A stretch of 55,088 nt of DNA from a virus (Duplodnaviria; Caudoviricetes): positions 1 to 55,088 of IMG/VR virus record IMGVR_UViG_3300013137_000002, one strand, 5' to 3'. The stretch's first letter is position 1; every line of letters starts with the position of its first letter. Shown here piece after piece: positions 19,401-28,894 of this stretch. Made by a program: the position numbers and the translations under genes. The notes under the pieces are model-generated. The model was given only the letters and a program-made list of their open reading frames with translations. It was not told the origin of the DNA and searched no databases.

Positions 19401-20898
19401 TTTGGTTACTCTTGCTGGTTCATTAACTATTATTGCAATTGCAATGATGTTTATGACAGGAGCCTTACCTGGGGCGGCGGCACTATTATTAGTAGCTGGT
19501 GCTCTTGTTATATTAGCACCTGTATTAAAGACGCTCGGTTCGATGTCTCTTTCTGAGATTGGCCTTGGGTTACTTGCTTTAGCAGGGGTTTTTGTTGTTA
19601 TTGGTGTTGCAGGTCTATTATTGGCACCTTTGACTCCTATTATTTTGGCATTAGCTGCAGCTATCGCTTTGTTTGGTATAGGCTGTTTAGCAGTTGGTGC
19701 AGGTATGTTAGCCTTCTCAGCAGGTCTTACTGCTTTGGCGATCGCTGGAACGGCCGGAACAGCAGCTCTCGTAGCAATTGTAACTGCTATAATTGGGTTA
19801 ATTCCTTTCCTACTCGAGCAAATTGGCTACGCCATAATCGCTTTTGCAGGAGTAATAATCGAAGGAATGCCGGTTATAATGGAGGCAATTAAAGCTCTGT
19901 TCACTGGTTTAATTAAGCTTATCGGTGAATTAGCACCGCCTCTTATTCTTACTGTTTTGAATTTCATACTTGAACTCTTAACAAAGCTTGTTGAGTACGT
20001 TCCAAAGTTTGTTGATGCTGGAATGAAGATCATAATTGGTTTTCTTAAAGGCATCGCAAAGAACATTGCTGATGTTGTAAAGGCTGGAATTGATATTGTT
20101 CTAAATTTCTTAGATGGGATTAGACAGAAGATACCTGCTATCATTGACATGGCATTTAAACTAATCATTTCCTTCATTAATGGTCTTGCCAATGCTATTC
20201 GTAATAATCATAATGCCATATATGATGCCTGTGAGAATCTTATAACCGCAATAATTGAAGCTATCACATCTTTCCTCGGACGACTTCCAAGGATTGGTGG
20301 ACAGATTGTTAGCGGATTGATTAATGGTATTGTCAACATGGGTAAATCCCTAGTTGATGCTGCTAAAGGCGTGGTGCAAAATGCTATTGATGGGGCTAAG
20401 AGACTTCTTGGTATTCATTCGCCATCTAAAGTCTTTGAAGAGATTGGTAAGAATACCGGAAAAGGTATGGTTATTGGTCTTGAAGGGATGTCAGGAAAGG
20501 TTGCTGCTGCTTCCGAAAATGTTGGTAAGTCTGCAGTTGATTCAATGAGTGATGCTTTGGGTCACGTTCAGGACGTTCTTGATAGTGATGTTGAATTACA
20601 GCCAACTATTAGACCTGTTATTGATATGACAGATGTCGAGAGTGGGATAAAATCCACTTTCAGCAAGACTCAAGGATTAAATGTATCAGGAACAAGCAGT
20701 AGAGCCACATCAATTGCTAGCAGTTTGTATAAAGCTCCAGTTGATGTTGATAAACCATCCTCCGATAGTCAAAATGGGGGAGAACAAGTCATACATAACG
20801 AATTTAAAATTGCAAGTTTAGTTGTTAGAGAAGAAGCGGATGTCAAGAGAGTAGCTCGTGAACTTCGTAATTTACAAATATCTGGAGCTAGGGGGTGA
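16453..20898 (+). CDS. Tape measure protein
   Basis: About 1480 aa, Ala/Gly/Leu-rich repeats, C-terminal LGIHSPSKVF. Confidence 0.95.
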   Translation: MSKSIDERIVEMQFNNRQFESGVKESLGSLDKLKKGLDLEGASKSLTGLSEAGRKFSLAGIAEGVDTIAGKFTTLGIIGVTAIQNIANMAVEKGKQIISALTIDPILAGFSEYELKMGSIQTIMAGTGASLEQVNKKLNELNEYSDKTIYSFSDMTRNIGKFTNAGVSLDGSVKAIQGVANVAAVSGANAEEASRAMYNFAQALSSGYVKLIDWKSIELANMGTLEFKQQLIDAAVAAGTLADAGNGLYKTYKGTLVNATKGFNDSLQDEWMTTEVLVKTLGNYADETTAIGKKAFAAAQDIKTLTQMYDTLKESAQSGWAQTWEIIAGDFNEGKSLYTELGAAIGGMLQRSADARNAMLQFWKDNGGRTALIESFKNAFGALNQVLKPISEAFNQIFPPMTGERLVAMTNALKTFTESLKIGEETANNIKRTFSGFFAILSIGKQAISALIGGIARLFEILAPGAGSFLGVTAGIGDWLVALDSAIKKGDIFNKAIGKVVDVIEWVAEKVGIGITAIAGFFKSFGEIDSSGAESFADRVRLRFEPFSALFEGIGKIFSKTVDILKKVAPLFYNLASMIGKGIMSLQDRILEALDKGSFSSILDIINTGLLGTLILGIRKFVNSMSKVTGGFAGILDGVKGSLEAWQSSLKAGVLLKIAISIGILAAALAVLASIDSEKLTGALVAIATLFAELFGSMTIFSKLISGPGMKGIMTMSVAMIGVSIAVLLLSSAMKKLADLDWEGIEKGLIAVGALMGMLIATTKILSANTGGMIKGASGFILFAVAINILASAVEKLGAIDIVSLGKGLLAVGVLMTELALFMRATDLNKMGITKGIGILLLATSMTILASAVKKLGEIDLAALAKGLVSMGVLLTEIALFINATPDAKRVISTATGLVILGAAMLIFASAIEKMGSMSLSEIGKGLLTMAGALGIIAVALNLMPKNMILTGTALVVIASALVILSKALENMGGMSWGEIAKGLVTLAGSLTIIAIAMMFMTGALPGAAALLLVAGALVILAPVLKTLGSMSLSEIGLGLLALAGVFVVIGVAGLLLAPLTPIILALAAAIALFGIGCLAVGAGMLAFSAGLTALAIAGTAGTAALVAIVTAIIGLIPFLLEQIGYAIIAFAGVIIEGMPVIMEAIKALFTGLIKLIGELAPPLILTVLNFILELLTKLVEYVPKFVDAGMKIIIGFLKGIAKNIADVVKAGIDIVLNFLDGIRQKIPAIIDMAFKLIISFINGLANAIRNNHNAIYDACENLITAIIEAITSFLGRLPRIGGQIVSGLINGIVNMGKSLVDAAKGVVQNAIDGAKRLLGIHSPSKVFEEIGKNTGKGMVIGLEGMSGKVAAASENVGKSAVDSMSDALGHVQDVLDSDVELQPTIRPVIDMTDVESGIKSTFSKTQGLNVSGTSSRATSIASSLYKAPVDVDKPSSDSQNGGEQVIHNEFKIASLVVREEADVKRVARELRNLQISGARG

Positions 20899-20902
20899 TT
20901 GG

Positions 20903-21682
20903 ATGGGTCTTAAATTTAGGGGTCGACATAGTGATGAGTTAAGTGTTATATTTGACACGGAATCAATGCCATATATACCGTCAAAGCGTCAAACGGAAAT
21001 AGAAGTACAAGGACGTGACGGTCAATACGTATTCGAAGATAATTATAACAATATACAAATTCCAGTAAAGGGCACTATAGTCGGCGATAATATACTTGAC
21101 AGAAGGAAAAAGGCCCGTGCTGTTGCCTCCTGGCTAACTTCAACTGGCATACTCGTGTTTGACTACGAACAGGATGTCGAATATAAGGTTGTTAAAGTTA
21201 CAAACGACATATCTGCAAAGATGTTGAGTAGGGAGTATAAAGATGAATTTACAGTTATCTTCGAATGCAAACCATACCAACAACAAACCTATTACAATGA
21301 TAGTTTATCTTGGCAAGGAGGAGACTCTGCCTGGATATACACAAATATCCCATGGAGTGGTTATGATCGGGTATTCCTTGTATCTCCTGATGACGAAATA
21401 GTCGTGTATAACGCAGGCACATATAAAGCACTCCCAATCATAAAAATCACAGGAACTGCAACTAGTGTCACCATTGGAGAGTTTACGTTTACGAACCTTA
21501 CAGGGACAATTTATATTGATTGTGTAGAAAAGGTTATATACAGTCTAAATGGTAACACAAAAGTAAACAAAATAGTTGAAGGAAACTTCATAGAACTTGC
21601 ACCGGATGCCAACAATTTCACAATAACCGGAACGTTTACAACTCTAATTATAGAGTTTGACTACAAAAATACATACTTATAA
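20903..21682 (+). CDS. Distal tail protein (Dit)
   Basis: Directly after the tape measure gene; EVQGRDG, FECKPY, YNAGTYKALPIIKI, ELAPDANNF. Confidence 0.8.
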   Translation: MGLKFRGRHSDELSVIFDTESMPYIPSKRQTEIEVQGRDGQYVFEDNYNNIQIPVKGTIVGDNILDRRKKARAVASWLTSTGILVFDYEQDVEYKVVKVTNDISAKMLSREYKDEFTVIFECKPYQQQTYYNDSLSWQGGDSAWIYTNIPWSGYDRVFLVSPDDEIVVYNAGTYKALPIIKITGTATSVTIGEFTFTNLTGTIYIDCVEKVIYSLNGNTKVNKIVEGNFIELAPDANNFTITGTFTTLIIEFDYKNTYL

Positions 21683-21697
21683 GGAAGAGGTGAATTT

Positions 21698-23461
21698 ATG
21701 GATCCAAAACTTTATAATAGTAGTGGACAACTGCAGGCAGTTTTAGATAATATTATCAAAGAAACAGCCAGTATAAAGCGTGTGGTCAACGGTGAATTCA
21801 CCTTTACCTTTGAGGCCTACGAAAAAGAGTTAAAGAGCGAGTATTTCAATGCGGATAACAATTTGGTGATAGATAATCAAACATTCGACATTAAGTATAT
21901 AGAACAGAATCACGAGATAGATGTAACATATTCTATTCAGTGTGAGCATGTTAATTACAGAATGGAGGATGGTGAAGAAAATCTTTATACGTCATATACA
22001 TACATTGGAACTCCAACCCAAATTCTAACGGATATTTTATCAGGTACTGAATTTAGTGTAGGTACTGTGGCTTTTACAGACGTAGTCACCATATCAGCAA
22101 AAAGTGAGATAACAAGAAAATCGCTAATATATCAGTTGGCAAATGCACTTGACGGAGAGATCGAATATACTAATCTCGGTTTTACAATCAATATACTCGC
22201 AACAATCGGTCAAAATAGGGGTTTTCAGGCACGCTTCGGTAAGAACCTCAAAGGAGTTAAGAAGATAATCGATAGTCGTGGTGGCCTGAAGACCTATTAC
22301 TCAATAGACATACTCATGCTTAAAAACAGTAACGAGTATATTGAGAAGCAGTTACAGGACTTGGATATAGTAGATGCTGGAGATGCTATTCAAATCATAG
22401 ATCCCATAATTGGGCTTGATGTTGAAAATAGAGTTTTATCTATTGAAAAAAATCCAATATTTGAAATCAATACCAAACTTGAGATAGCAAATACTCTTGA
22501 ACTGATAACTGATAAAATAAACCAAATCGAAACTAATTCGGTACAGCAAGATAAGCTATACAATAATGTAGCAATAAGTAAAGAATATGGTTTTAGAGTA
22601 TCAAGAAGCGACAAGCTAGCAAGAGCAACTCTTGGAGGAGGCATGATATCCCTTGATAAGGGGGATGGTAATGACGGGTATACTCCTTGTTTATATTTCG
22701 ATGTCGTAACCGGTAAGTATAAGATTATTGGTGACATAGAAATGGAAGGAGGTAGCATTAGTTGGAGTTCTGTAAACAGTCCATCAGCAGAACAGGTTGG
22801 CGCAAGACCTGATTGGTGGGTTCCAACAGCTTTTGAAGTGGGAGCCAGACCAGACAATTGGATGCCATCTGCTTCGGACGTTGGAGCAATATCTAGTACT
22901 TATATAGATGGTAATGGCGTCTTCACTCCAAATGTTTATGCTACCCATATAAGTACTCTATTGGGAAAAATAACTACGGCCCAGGTAGAAGACTTAATTG
23001 TTGGTAACAATGTAACTATGGGGTCTAACGCATACATATCCTGGAATAATGTAACAAATCAACCATCAATTCCTTCTCAATATACTGATTATCAAGCTGT
23101 TAATGCATGGGAGGCTAGTGGTTACAGTACTTATATAAATTCAAATGGCGTATATACTGGTAGGTTATATGCACAACATGCAGTAATAAACAATGGTGCT
23201 GGAACAGGTTCAATTAATATGGATATGGGAACTTCTAGCTATGTTATATTTAAGACCGCTTATACTACTGGTGGAAATACCTTAATGATAGGTAAGTCCT
23301 CTTCAGTTGGAGGTACTCCATCTACCATGGAACGAATAGATGCATTCGCCAGTTGGTTATATTTGTATGGTTCACAATATATTAGTGGAACATTATACTG
23401 TAGCGGAGATGTAGATTTTAGTGATGCTACAGTTACAGGTATAACTGCTAAATTTGGATGA
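21698..23461 (+). CDS. Tail-associated (Tal/baseplate hub) protein
   Basis: N-terminal prophage-tail-type domain (NGEFTFTF...FGKNLKGVK) and a short repeat of PxAxxVGA(RPDxW). Confidence 0.75.
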   Translation: MDPKLYNSSGQLQAVLDNIIKETASIKRVVNGEFTFTFEAYEKELKSEYFNADNNLVIDNQTFDIKYIEQNHEIDVTYSIQCEHVNYRMEDGEENLYTSYTYIGTPTQILTDILSGTEFSVGTVAFTDVVTISAKSEITRKSLIYQLANALDGEIEYTNLGFTINILATIGQNRGFQARFGKNLKGVKKIIDSRGGLKTYYSIDILMLKNSNEYIEKQLQDLDIVDAGDAIQIIDPIIGLDVENRVLSIEKNPIFEINTKLEIANTLELITDKINQIETNSVQQDKLYNNVAISKEYGFRVSRSDKLARATLGGGMISLDKGDGNDGYTPCLYFDVVTGKYKIIGDIEMEGGSISWSSVNSPSAEQVGARPDWWVPTAFEVGARPDNWMPSASDVGAISSTYIDGNGVFTPNVYATHISTLLGKITTAQVEDLIVGNNVTMGSNAYISWNNVTNQPSIPSQYTDYQAVNAWEASGYSTYINSNGVYTGRLYAQHAVINNGAGTGSINMDMGTSSYVIFKTAYTTGGNTLMIGKSSSVGGTPSTMERIDAFASWLYLYGSQYISGTLYCSGDVDFSDATVTGITAKFG

Positions 23462-23474
23462 GAGGTGAGAATCC

Positions 23475-24308
23475 ATGGCAACTCTATCAATAACCTCGTA
23501 TAATACGAGTTCAATTACAGTACATATTAGTGGACTTTCTAATCCAGAAGGTGAGTATGGCGGTTTCCGTTTTAGAATTGATGGTGGTGCATGGCAAAAC
23601 TCTGCTTCTACTTCCAAGACTTTTAGTGGTTTAACATCAGGTACAGATTATAGTTTTGATTCAGAGGCTCAATGGGCCGGAGTATGGTATTCTTCTGGTT
23701 CTTGTTCTGGACATACATCCGTTGTTGCTCCATCGATCACTTTTGACACAAAATCTTCCACCTGGATCCAAGTTATAACTCATAACAATGATAGTGGCGG
23801 AAATTTGGGTACTTATATTGATGGTGTCTCGGTTGCAGATTCAGGATATTCATATCAAAGAACTGGCGATTATTTATTAGTAGCTGGTTTGGAACCTGAT
23901 ACTGAATATCAATTTTATTGTACAGTATTCAAGAATGGTTATTCGGCTAGTAGTGGTACATTATATATAACAACGAATTCACCACCACGTCCGAATAATT
24001 TTTCATGGACCTATTCAAAAACCTCTGGTGGAAATTTCAATCTTACAGCATCAGAGTGGAATTCGTTTACTTCAAGAATAAACGAATTCAGGAACTATAA
24101 AGGATTAGCTGATTATTCATTTAATTCAGCCACAACAGGATTTGATTTCTCAGCACAGAATAATTTTAATCAAGCCGTTAATGCATTGAGTGCTTTATCG
24201 GCCTACTTTACTGGCGGAAATACTATCCCTTCAACTAAAAGTCAAGGAAATAATATCTTGGCAAGTTATCTTACAAATTTAGTTAGTGCAATGAATTCAA
24301 TAATATAA
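23475..24308 (+). CDS. Minor tail protein with fibronectin-III-like domains
   Basis: FSGLTSGTDYSF and AGLEPDTEYQF FN3 signatures. Confidence 0.65.
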   Translation: MATLSITSYNTSSITVHISGLSNPEGEYGGFRFRIDGGAWQNSASTSKTFSGLTSGTDYSFDSEAQWAGVWYSSGSCSGHTSVVAPSITFDTKSSTWIQVITHNNDSGGNLGTYIDGVSVADSGYSYQRTGDYLLVAGLEPDTEYQFYCTVFKNGYSASSGTLYITTNSPPRPNNFSWTYSKTSGGNFNLTASEWNSFTSRINEFRNYKGLADYSFNSATTGFDFSAQNNFNQAVNALSALSAYFTGGNTIPSTKSQGNNILASYLTNLVSAMNSII

Positions 24309-24325
24309 TTAAGGAGAGTGTCGAT

Positions 24326-24577
24326 ATGGCAAAAATGACTATGTTAAACAAAAAATATACAGTAAATAATGGAAATGTAACCATTGTGGAAACTGTAGAA
24401 AAAGTGTTAAGCAGGGATGAACTGCAATCTGAGAAAATAGGTCTTATGAATAGACAGACACAAATTTTAAGGCAGATTAATGATTTAAAAAAACAGCACT
24501 CGGATTTGGAAACGGGTATTGCTGAGCTTGATGAGATGATTTCTGAGATTCCTATAGATGATTCGAATCAAGCGTAA
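24326..24577 (+). CDS. Hypothetical coiled-coil protein
   Basis: ORF with AAGGAG RBS; heptad-like C-terminal half. Confidence 0.6.
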   Translation: MAKMTMLNKKYTVNNGNVTIVETVEKVLSRDELQSEKIGLMNRQTQILRQINDLKKQHSDLETGIAELDEMISEIPIDDSNQA

Positions 24578-24607
24578 GACCAAATCACAAGAAGGGAGAG
24601 GTATAAA

Positions 24608-25624
24608 ATGCCTAATAAGTATTGTAACCTTGATGGTCCAACTAAAATTAAAGACGATTATACCAAAATCAATGATGGTTTTGCTTCCGTGGAAACCGAT
24701 ATGTCTACAGCGAATACAGAACATGATAATCATGTAACTGGGATTGCAGAGAAACATACATCGAGTCACATCGACAATGTTTCCATAGTCATTGGTCTTA
24801 CAATTACTGCAGCTTTAAACACTCTTAAGGGTTTGATTGATAATTTAGACTCTGTATTCTCGACTGATGTTGAGCGTATAAATGCTATCAATCAAGCACT
24901 TACAGATGCCTTTGGAGCGGATGAGGACTTGGAAACAAGTTTATTAGGTATAATTGCTGGAGTTCAAGCAGAACTTACTGCTCATAAAAACACAGATTCA
25001 CCAGTACATTCAAGCGATAAAATATCATTTAATAAAACTGGTAGCAATTTAGTATCTACTATAGTCGAAACAGTTATTAAAGAGTTGAATACTAAAGTAG
25101 ATGCTAATAAGACAAGTGTCGATGCTAATTTAGTTGCTCACCAAAATTCATCCTCAGCTCATGGTAGTACTGGCATAACAAACCAATCAACCGTTACGGG
25201 TAGCAAGGTTACGGACGCATTAAATGCTTTAAAGGATTCACTTGCTGCTATAGTAGCAAATGTTACCGTAGATAGTGAAGTTATTCTTGCTCGTAACAGT
25301 GGAGTTAAAACTATCGCGTATTCCACTTTGGACGACAGACTTGAAGATATTGAAAAAAATATACCAGATATTACGAATCATGCCGTTTATCATGAATTGA
25401 TGGATTCTAATGGATATATTATTACTGATAATATAGATGGTAGTCTTCTTGGAAGTAGCTTCCTTGCAGATGCGGGAGATATTATTAGTTTACGAAAGGA
25501 TATTTCCAATTTAACAATATGTATCAATAGCATTACATCTTTGTTAATTGCAAACAGGCTAACTAATGCTGAAACTATGATTTCGGAATTAAACGAACAT
25601 GCTCTATTAGACAATACATTTTAA
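24608..25624 (+). CDS. Tail fibre/baseplate-like structural protein
   Basis: Repeated H..S..I.N.S.V.G..+..ALN.LK units and EVILAR...TLDDRL. Confidence 0.6.
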   Translation: MPNKYCNLDGPTKIKDDYTKINDGFASVETDMSTANTEHDNHVTGIAEKHTSSHIDNVSIVIGLTITAALNTLKGLIDNLDSVFSTDVERINAINQALTDAFGADEDLETSLLGIIAGVQAELTAHKNTDSPVHSSDKISFNKTGSNLVSTIVETVIKELNTKVDANKTSVDANLVAHQNSSSAHGSTGITNQSTVTGSKVTDALNALKDSLAAIVANVTVDSEVILARNSGVKTIAYSTLDDRLEDIEKNIPDITNHAVYHELMDSNGYIITDNIDGSLLGSSFLADAGDIISLRKDISNLTICINSITSLLIANRLTNAETMISELNEHALLDNTF

Positions 25625-25643
25625 TTAAGGAGGAAAATAAAAA

Positions 25644-26471
25644 ATGGGAAAACTTACTACATATCCTGCAGATACAAGATTCACTGCTGGTGATATCCTT
25701 ATTAAGGATGGAGCTGGTGGTACAAAAAAAATCTTAGCCTCAGATGCAGCAATCGAATTTGCTGGTTTGGTTTCGGCGATCAACCATAGAAATATCTACA
25801 GAGGTAAAAATTTAGGTACTGCGATTACTGCGGCGCAGCAAACGGCAATACAAACCGGAACGTTTGATGATCTTTTTATTGGTGATTATTGGACATTAAA
25901 CGGTCATGTTTATGAGATTGCTGACATGGATTATTGGTACAACTGTGGAGACACAGCGTTTACAAAGCATCATCTTGTAGTGGTGCCAAGAAACAAAATG
26001 TATGATGCCACAATGAACGCTACAAACATTACGGATGGTGGATACGTCGGATCTCTTATGTATACTGCGAATTTAAATACCGCAAAAACACAAATTACAA
26101 CAGATTTTGGCGCGCTTCTTCTCTCACACAGACAATACTTTACAAATGCAGTTACAGCTGGCGTTCCTTCTGGAGGAGCATGGTTCGATTCCACAGTCGA
26201 CCTTATGAATGAAGTAATGGTTTATGGATCGCATTTCTTTGCTCCGGCAGGAGATGGTGTGTTAATCCCAACCAGATATACAATCGATAATTCACAATTG
26301 GCGTTATTCAGACTGAATCCAAGAGCATACAAAAACAGAGAATATATGTGGCTTAGAGACGTCGTGTCTGCGGCTTATTTCGCTCGTGTGTTCTACTATG
26401 GCAATGCGGACTGCGCCAACGCGTCGTACTCTATTGGGGTTCGTCCGGCATTCGCGGTTGGGTTAGTATAA
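25644..26471 (+). CDS. DGR target 1: putative receptor-binding protein with C-terminal CLec-like variable region
   Basis: HRNIYRGKNLG...GTFDDLFIGDYW...WLRDVVSAAYFARV...GVRPAF; its 3' end matches the TR. Confidence 0.9.
   Translation: MGKLTTYPADTRFTAGDILIKDGAGGTKKILASDAAIEFAGLVSAINHRNIYRGKNLGTAITAAQQTAIQTGTFDDLFIGDYWTLNGHVYEIADMDYWYNCGDTAFTKHHLVVVPRNKMYDATMNATNITDGGYVGSLMYTANLNTAKTQITTDFGALLLSHRQYFTNAVTAGVPSGGAWFDSTVDLMNEVMVYGSHFFAPAGDGVLIPTRYTIDNSQLALFRLNPRAYKNREYMWLRDVVSAAYFARVFYYGNADCANASYSIGVRPAFAVGLV
26367..26448 (+). repeat. DGR variable repeat VR1
   Basis: 82-bp match to TR 27500-27581 with 14 mismatches, all at TR adenines. Confidence 0.97.
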
Positions 26472-26475
26472 TCTA

Positions 26476-26490
26476 GGGGCCTTGTGCCCC
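26476..26490 (+). promoter_or_regulatory. DGR target-recognition hairpin after VR1
   Basis: GGGGC-CTTGT-GCCCC. Confidence 0.75.
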
Positions 26491-26533
26491 CCCTATCTTT
26501 TTAACATATTTTTATGAAAGGAATGTGAATTAA

Positions 26534-26842
26534 ATGGATGAAAAAATCTATAGCATAGCACTTGCTGATGGAACAGTCATTGAGAATTTAAGTCTTAATG
26601 GTAATAATTATATTTCCAATGCGCCTATTAATTCCGAGCTTTTTGTTGGTAACTGTTCTCCGGTTATTATCAGTGATGGAACTAATGACGAAATCCATGA
26701 CAACATGGAGCTTGTTCAGGTTACAGAAGTTAATGGCAAATACTGGTTTATTCTTCGCGATATTTCTTCAGAAGAACTCAAACAGATTAAGATCCGAGCC
26801 GACATCGAATATGTGGCAATGATGACAGGTGTAGAACTTTAA
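26534..26842 (+). CDS. Tail fibre-associated small protein
   Basis: C-terminal ADIEYVAMMTGVEL, typical of genes preceding XkdX. Confidence 0.6.
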   Translation: MDEKIYSIALADGTVIENLSLNGNNYISNAPINSELFVGNCSPVIISDGTNDEIHDNMELVQVTEVNGKYWFILRDISSEELKQIKIRADIEYVAMMTGVEL

Positions 26843-26857
26843 GAGAGGAGGATCACC

Positions 26858-26998
26858 ATGGAACATAGCAATAATTATACTAAAGTAAAGTCTTATTATG
26901 ACATGAAACTGTGGAATGAGACTAGAGTTCGAAATGCGGTTATAATGAATTGGATTACGGAAGCCGAATTTGAAGAGATTACTGGTACTGCTTATTAA
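26858..26998 (+). CDS. XkdX-family small protein (46 aa; not in ORF track)
   Basis: MEHSNNYTKVKSYYDMKLWNETRVRNAVIMNWITEAEFEEITGTAY; GGAGG RBS. Confidence 0.8.
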   Translation: MEHSNNYTKVKSYYDMKLWNETRVRNAVIMNWITEAEFEEITGTAY

Positions 26999-27489
26999 TG
27001 AGCGTTCTTGTAAGTGATCGTAAAGAGTCAAAATTTGAGGCTATAACGTATTCCATGGAGTTATATTTTATGCTCGTTGAACTCATGCAAAGAAACTTTG
27101 GTGTTAGAGACTTAAATAATCTTGCACGTATTCGTTATGCATTTGGTAAAGACGATAAAGAGGATTTTACTAAGTATTTATATTTAATGCAAAATTCTAA
27201 GATTCGTATTAATCAAATAGCATCGGTGCTTACAAGTAATGTTCGAGCAGCTAATACGCTTTATCCAACTTCTTTGCATGAGTATGAGAAGCGAAGAGAT
27301 TACCAGAATGACGCAATAACAAATTGTGAGCAACTCATTAAAGAGTTACAACAGATAGTAGAACTCTTTGAAGTTGATATCAACATCTACGGTAAGTACA
27401 TAAAAGCTATTGACCGAGAAATTGGTTTAATAAAGAAATGGCGTCAAAAAGATAATAAAATCAAAGTATATTTACAGGGTAACGTCTAA
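26998..27489 (+). CDS. avd: DGR accessory variability determinant (Avd-like four-helix bundle)
   Basis: Helical 163 aa (VRAANTLYP...RRDYQNDAI...EIGLIKKWR), directly upstream of TR and RT. Confidence 0.8.
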   Translation: MSVLVSDRKESKFEAITYSMELYFMLVELMQRNFGVRDLNNLARIRYAFGKDDKEDFTKYLYLMQNSKIRINQIASVLTSNVRAANTLYPTSLHEYEKRRDYQNDAITNCEQLIKELQQIVELFEVDINIYGKYIKAIDREIGLIKKWRQKDNKIKVYLQGNV

Positions 27490-27499
27490 ATCTGCGCTG

Positions 27500-27581
27500 T
27501 CTGCGGCTAATTTCGCTAATGTGAACAACAATGGCAATACGAACTACAACAACGCGTCGAACTCTAATGGGGTTCGTCCGG
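27500..27581 (+). ncRNA. DGR template repeat (TR)
   Basis: Intergenic between avd and RT, rich in AAC/AAT triplets (24 adenines), aligns to two VRs; downstream hairpins at 27583-27605 and 27613-27634. Confidence 0.97.
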
Positions 27582-27691
27582 ATTCTCTGACTAACCAACA
27601 GAGAAGGAGATGTTATCCTTTCCCACAAGGATAAAAAATAAAGCCAGATGCAATTTACTACGGTAAGTATTGCTATAACGGTGAATAATCT

Positions 27692-28882
27692 ATGACTTAT
27701 GAGGAAATTGTTTGCGACGCCAATAACTTGTATATGGCCTATAAGGCTTCTGTAAAAGGAAGTAAATGGAAAGAAACGACTCAAAAGTTTATGATGAATT
27801 TCTTGAGGTACATATTCTCCATACAAGAGGATCTTATTACAAGAAACTTACAAAATGGTAAAACTGATGAGTTCTCACTTTCAGAAAGAGGTCGAATTAG
27901 GCCTATTACAAGTCTTCAAACTAAAGATAGAATTATTCGTCATGTACTATGTGACGAGGTCTTGTTACCTGAGGTTAGGAAACATATTATATATGATAAT
28001 GGAGCCTCGATAAAAGGACGAGGTATATCTCATTCAAGAAAACGTTTTGAAGTACATTTACATAAGTATTACAAGATGTATGGTAATGAAGGTTATATTT
28101 TGTTTGGTGATTTTAGCAAGTTCTATGATAATATAATTCATGAGATTGCTAAGAAAGAGCTACTTAGATTATTTGACGATGATGAATTCCTTGATTGGCT
28201 ATTTACTCTTATATTTAATGATTTTAGGATTGATGTGTCCTATATGTCTGATAAAGAGTATGAGAACTGTATGACCGACATATTTAATAAGTTAGAATAT
28301 AGGCTAATACCTAAAGAACTTTTAACCGGAAATAAATGGATGGACAAATCCGTTAATATTGGAGACCAATTAAGTCAAATTATCGGTATATATTATCCAT
28401 ATCGAATAGACAACTATGTGAAATACGTAAGAAGTCAAAAATTTTACGGACGTTATATGGATGATTGGTACATTATGGGCCCAAACAAGAAGGAATTACA
28501 AGACTTATTGGATAATATTCGAGTAATAGCGAATGAATTGGGTATACATATCAATGAGAAAAAGACTCATATAGTCAAGATAAGTAGCACTTACAAATAC
28601 CTTCAAGTGAAGTATACTCTTACTAAAGATGGAAAAGTAATTAAAAGAATCAATCCAACTCGTGTTACTGCGATGCGTAGAAAACTTAAGAAGTTAGCAA
28701 ATAAAGTCGATATTAGTGATATTTGTTACGAAAATGTCGAAAATATGTTTAGAGGTTGGATGGGAAGTTTCTATAAACTTTTATCTACGCAACAAAGAAA
28801 AAGTCTTATACAACTTTACGAAAAGTTATTCAATAAAAATATTAAGGTTGCTAATAAGAAGTTAATCATATTTAATATGTAA
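27692..28882 (+). CDS. DGR reverse transcriptase
   Basis: DRIIRH, GDFSKFYDNI, IGDQLSQ (GxxxSQ) and catalytic YGRYMDDW; 396 aa; adjacent to TR and avd. Confidence 0.96.
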   Translation: MTYEEIVCDANNLYMAYKASVKGSKWKETTQKFMMNFLRYIFSIQEDLITRNLQNGKTDEFSLSERGRIRPITSLQTKDRIIRHVLCDEVLLPEVRKHIIYDNGASIKGRGISHSRKRFEVHLHKYYKMYGNEGYILFGDFSKFYDNIIHEIAKKELLRLFDDDEFLDWLFTLIFNDFRIDVSYMSDKEYENCMTDIFNKLEYRLIPKELLTGNKWMDKSVNIGDQLSQIIGIYYPYRIDNYVKYVRSQKFYGRYMDDWYIMGPNKKELQDLLDNIRVIANELGIHINEKKTHIVKISSTYKYLQVKYTLTKDGKVIKRINPTRVTAMRRKLKKLANKVDISDICYENVENMFRGWMGSFYKLLSTQQRKSLIQLYEKLFNKNIKVANKKLIIFNM

Positions 28883-28894
28883 GGGAGGCGTTTT

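Noticed and set aside
17637-20192. Long minus-strand ORFs (up to 399 aa) and other antisense ORFs in the track
   Set aside because: They are shadows of + strand genes such as the tape measure, with no RBS or recognisable motifs.
27461-27826. Minus-strand ORF across the TR
   Set aside because: It is open because the AAC-rich TR lacks stops on the reverse strand; no other coding evidence.
27692-28882. RT as a group II intron, retron or Abi RT
   Set aside because: No recognisable maturase/endonuclease extension or intron structure. The GxxxSQ motif, avd and adenine-specific TR/VR pairs identify a DGR.
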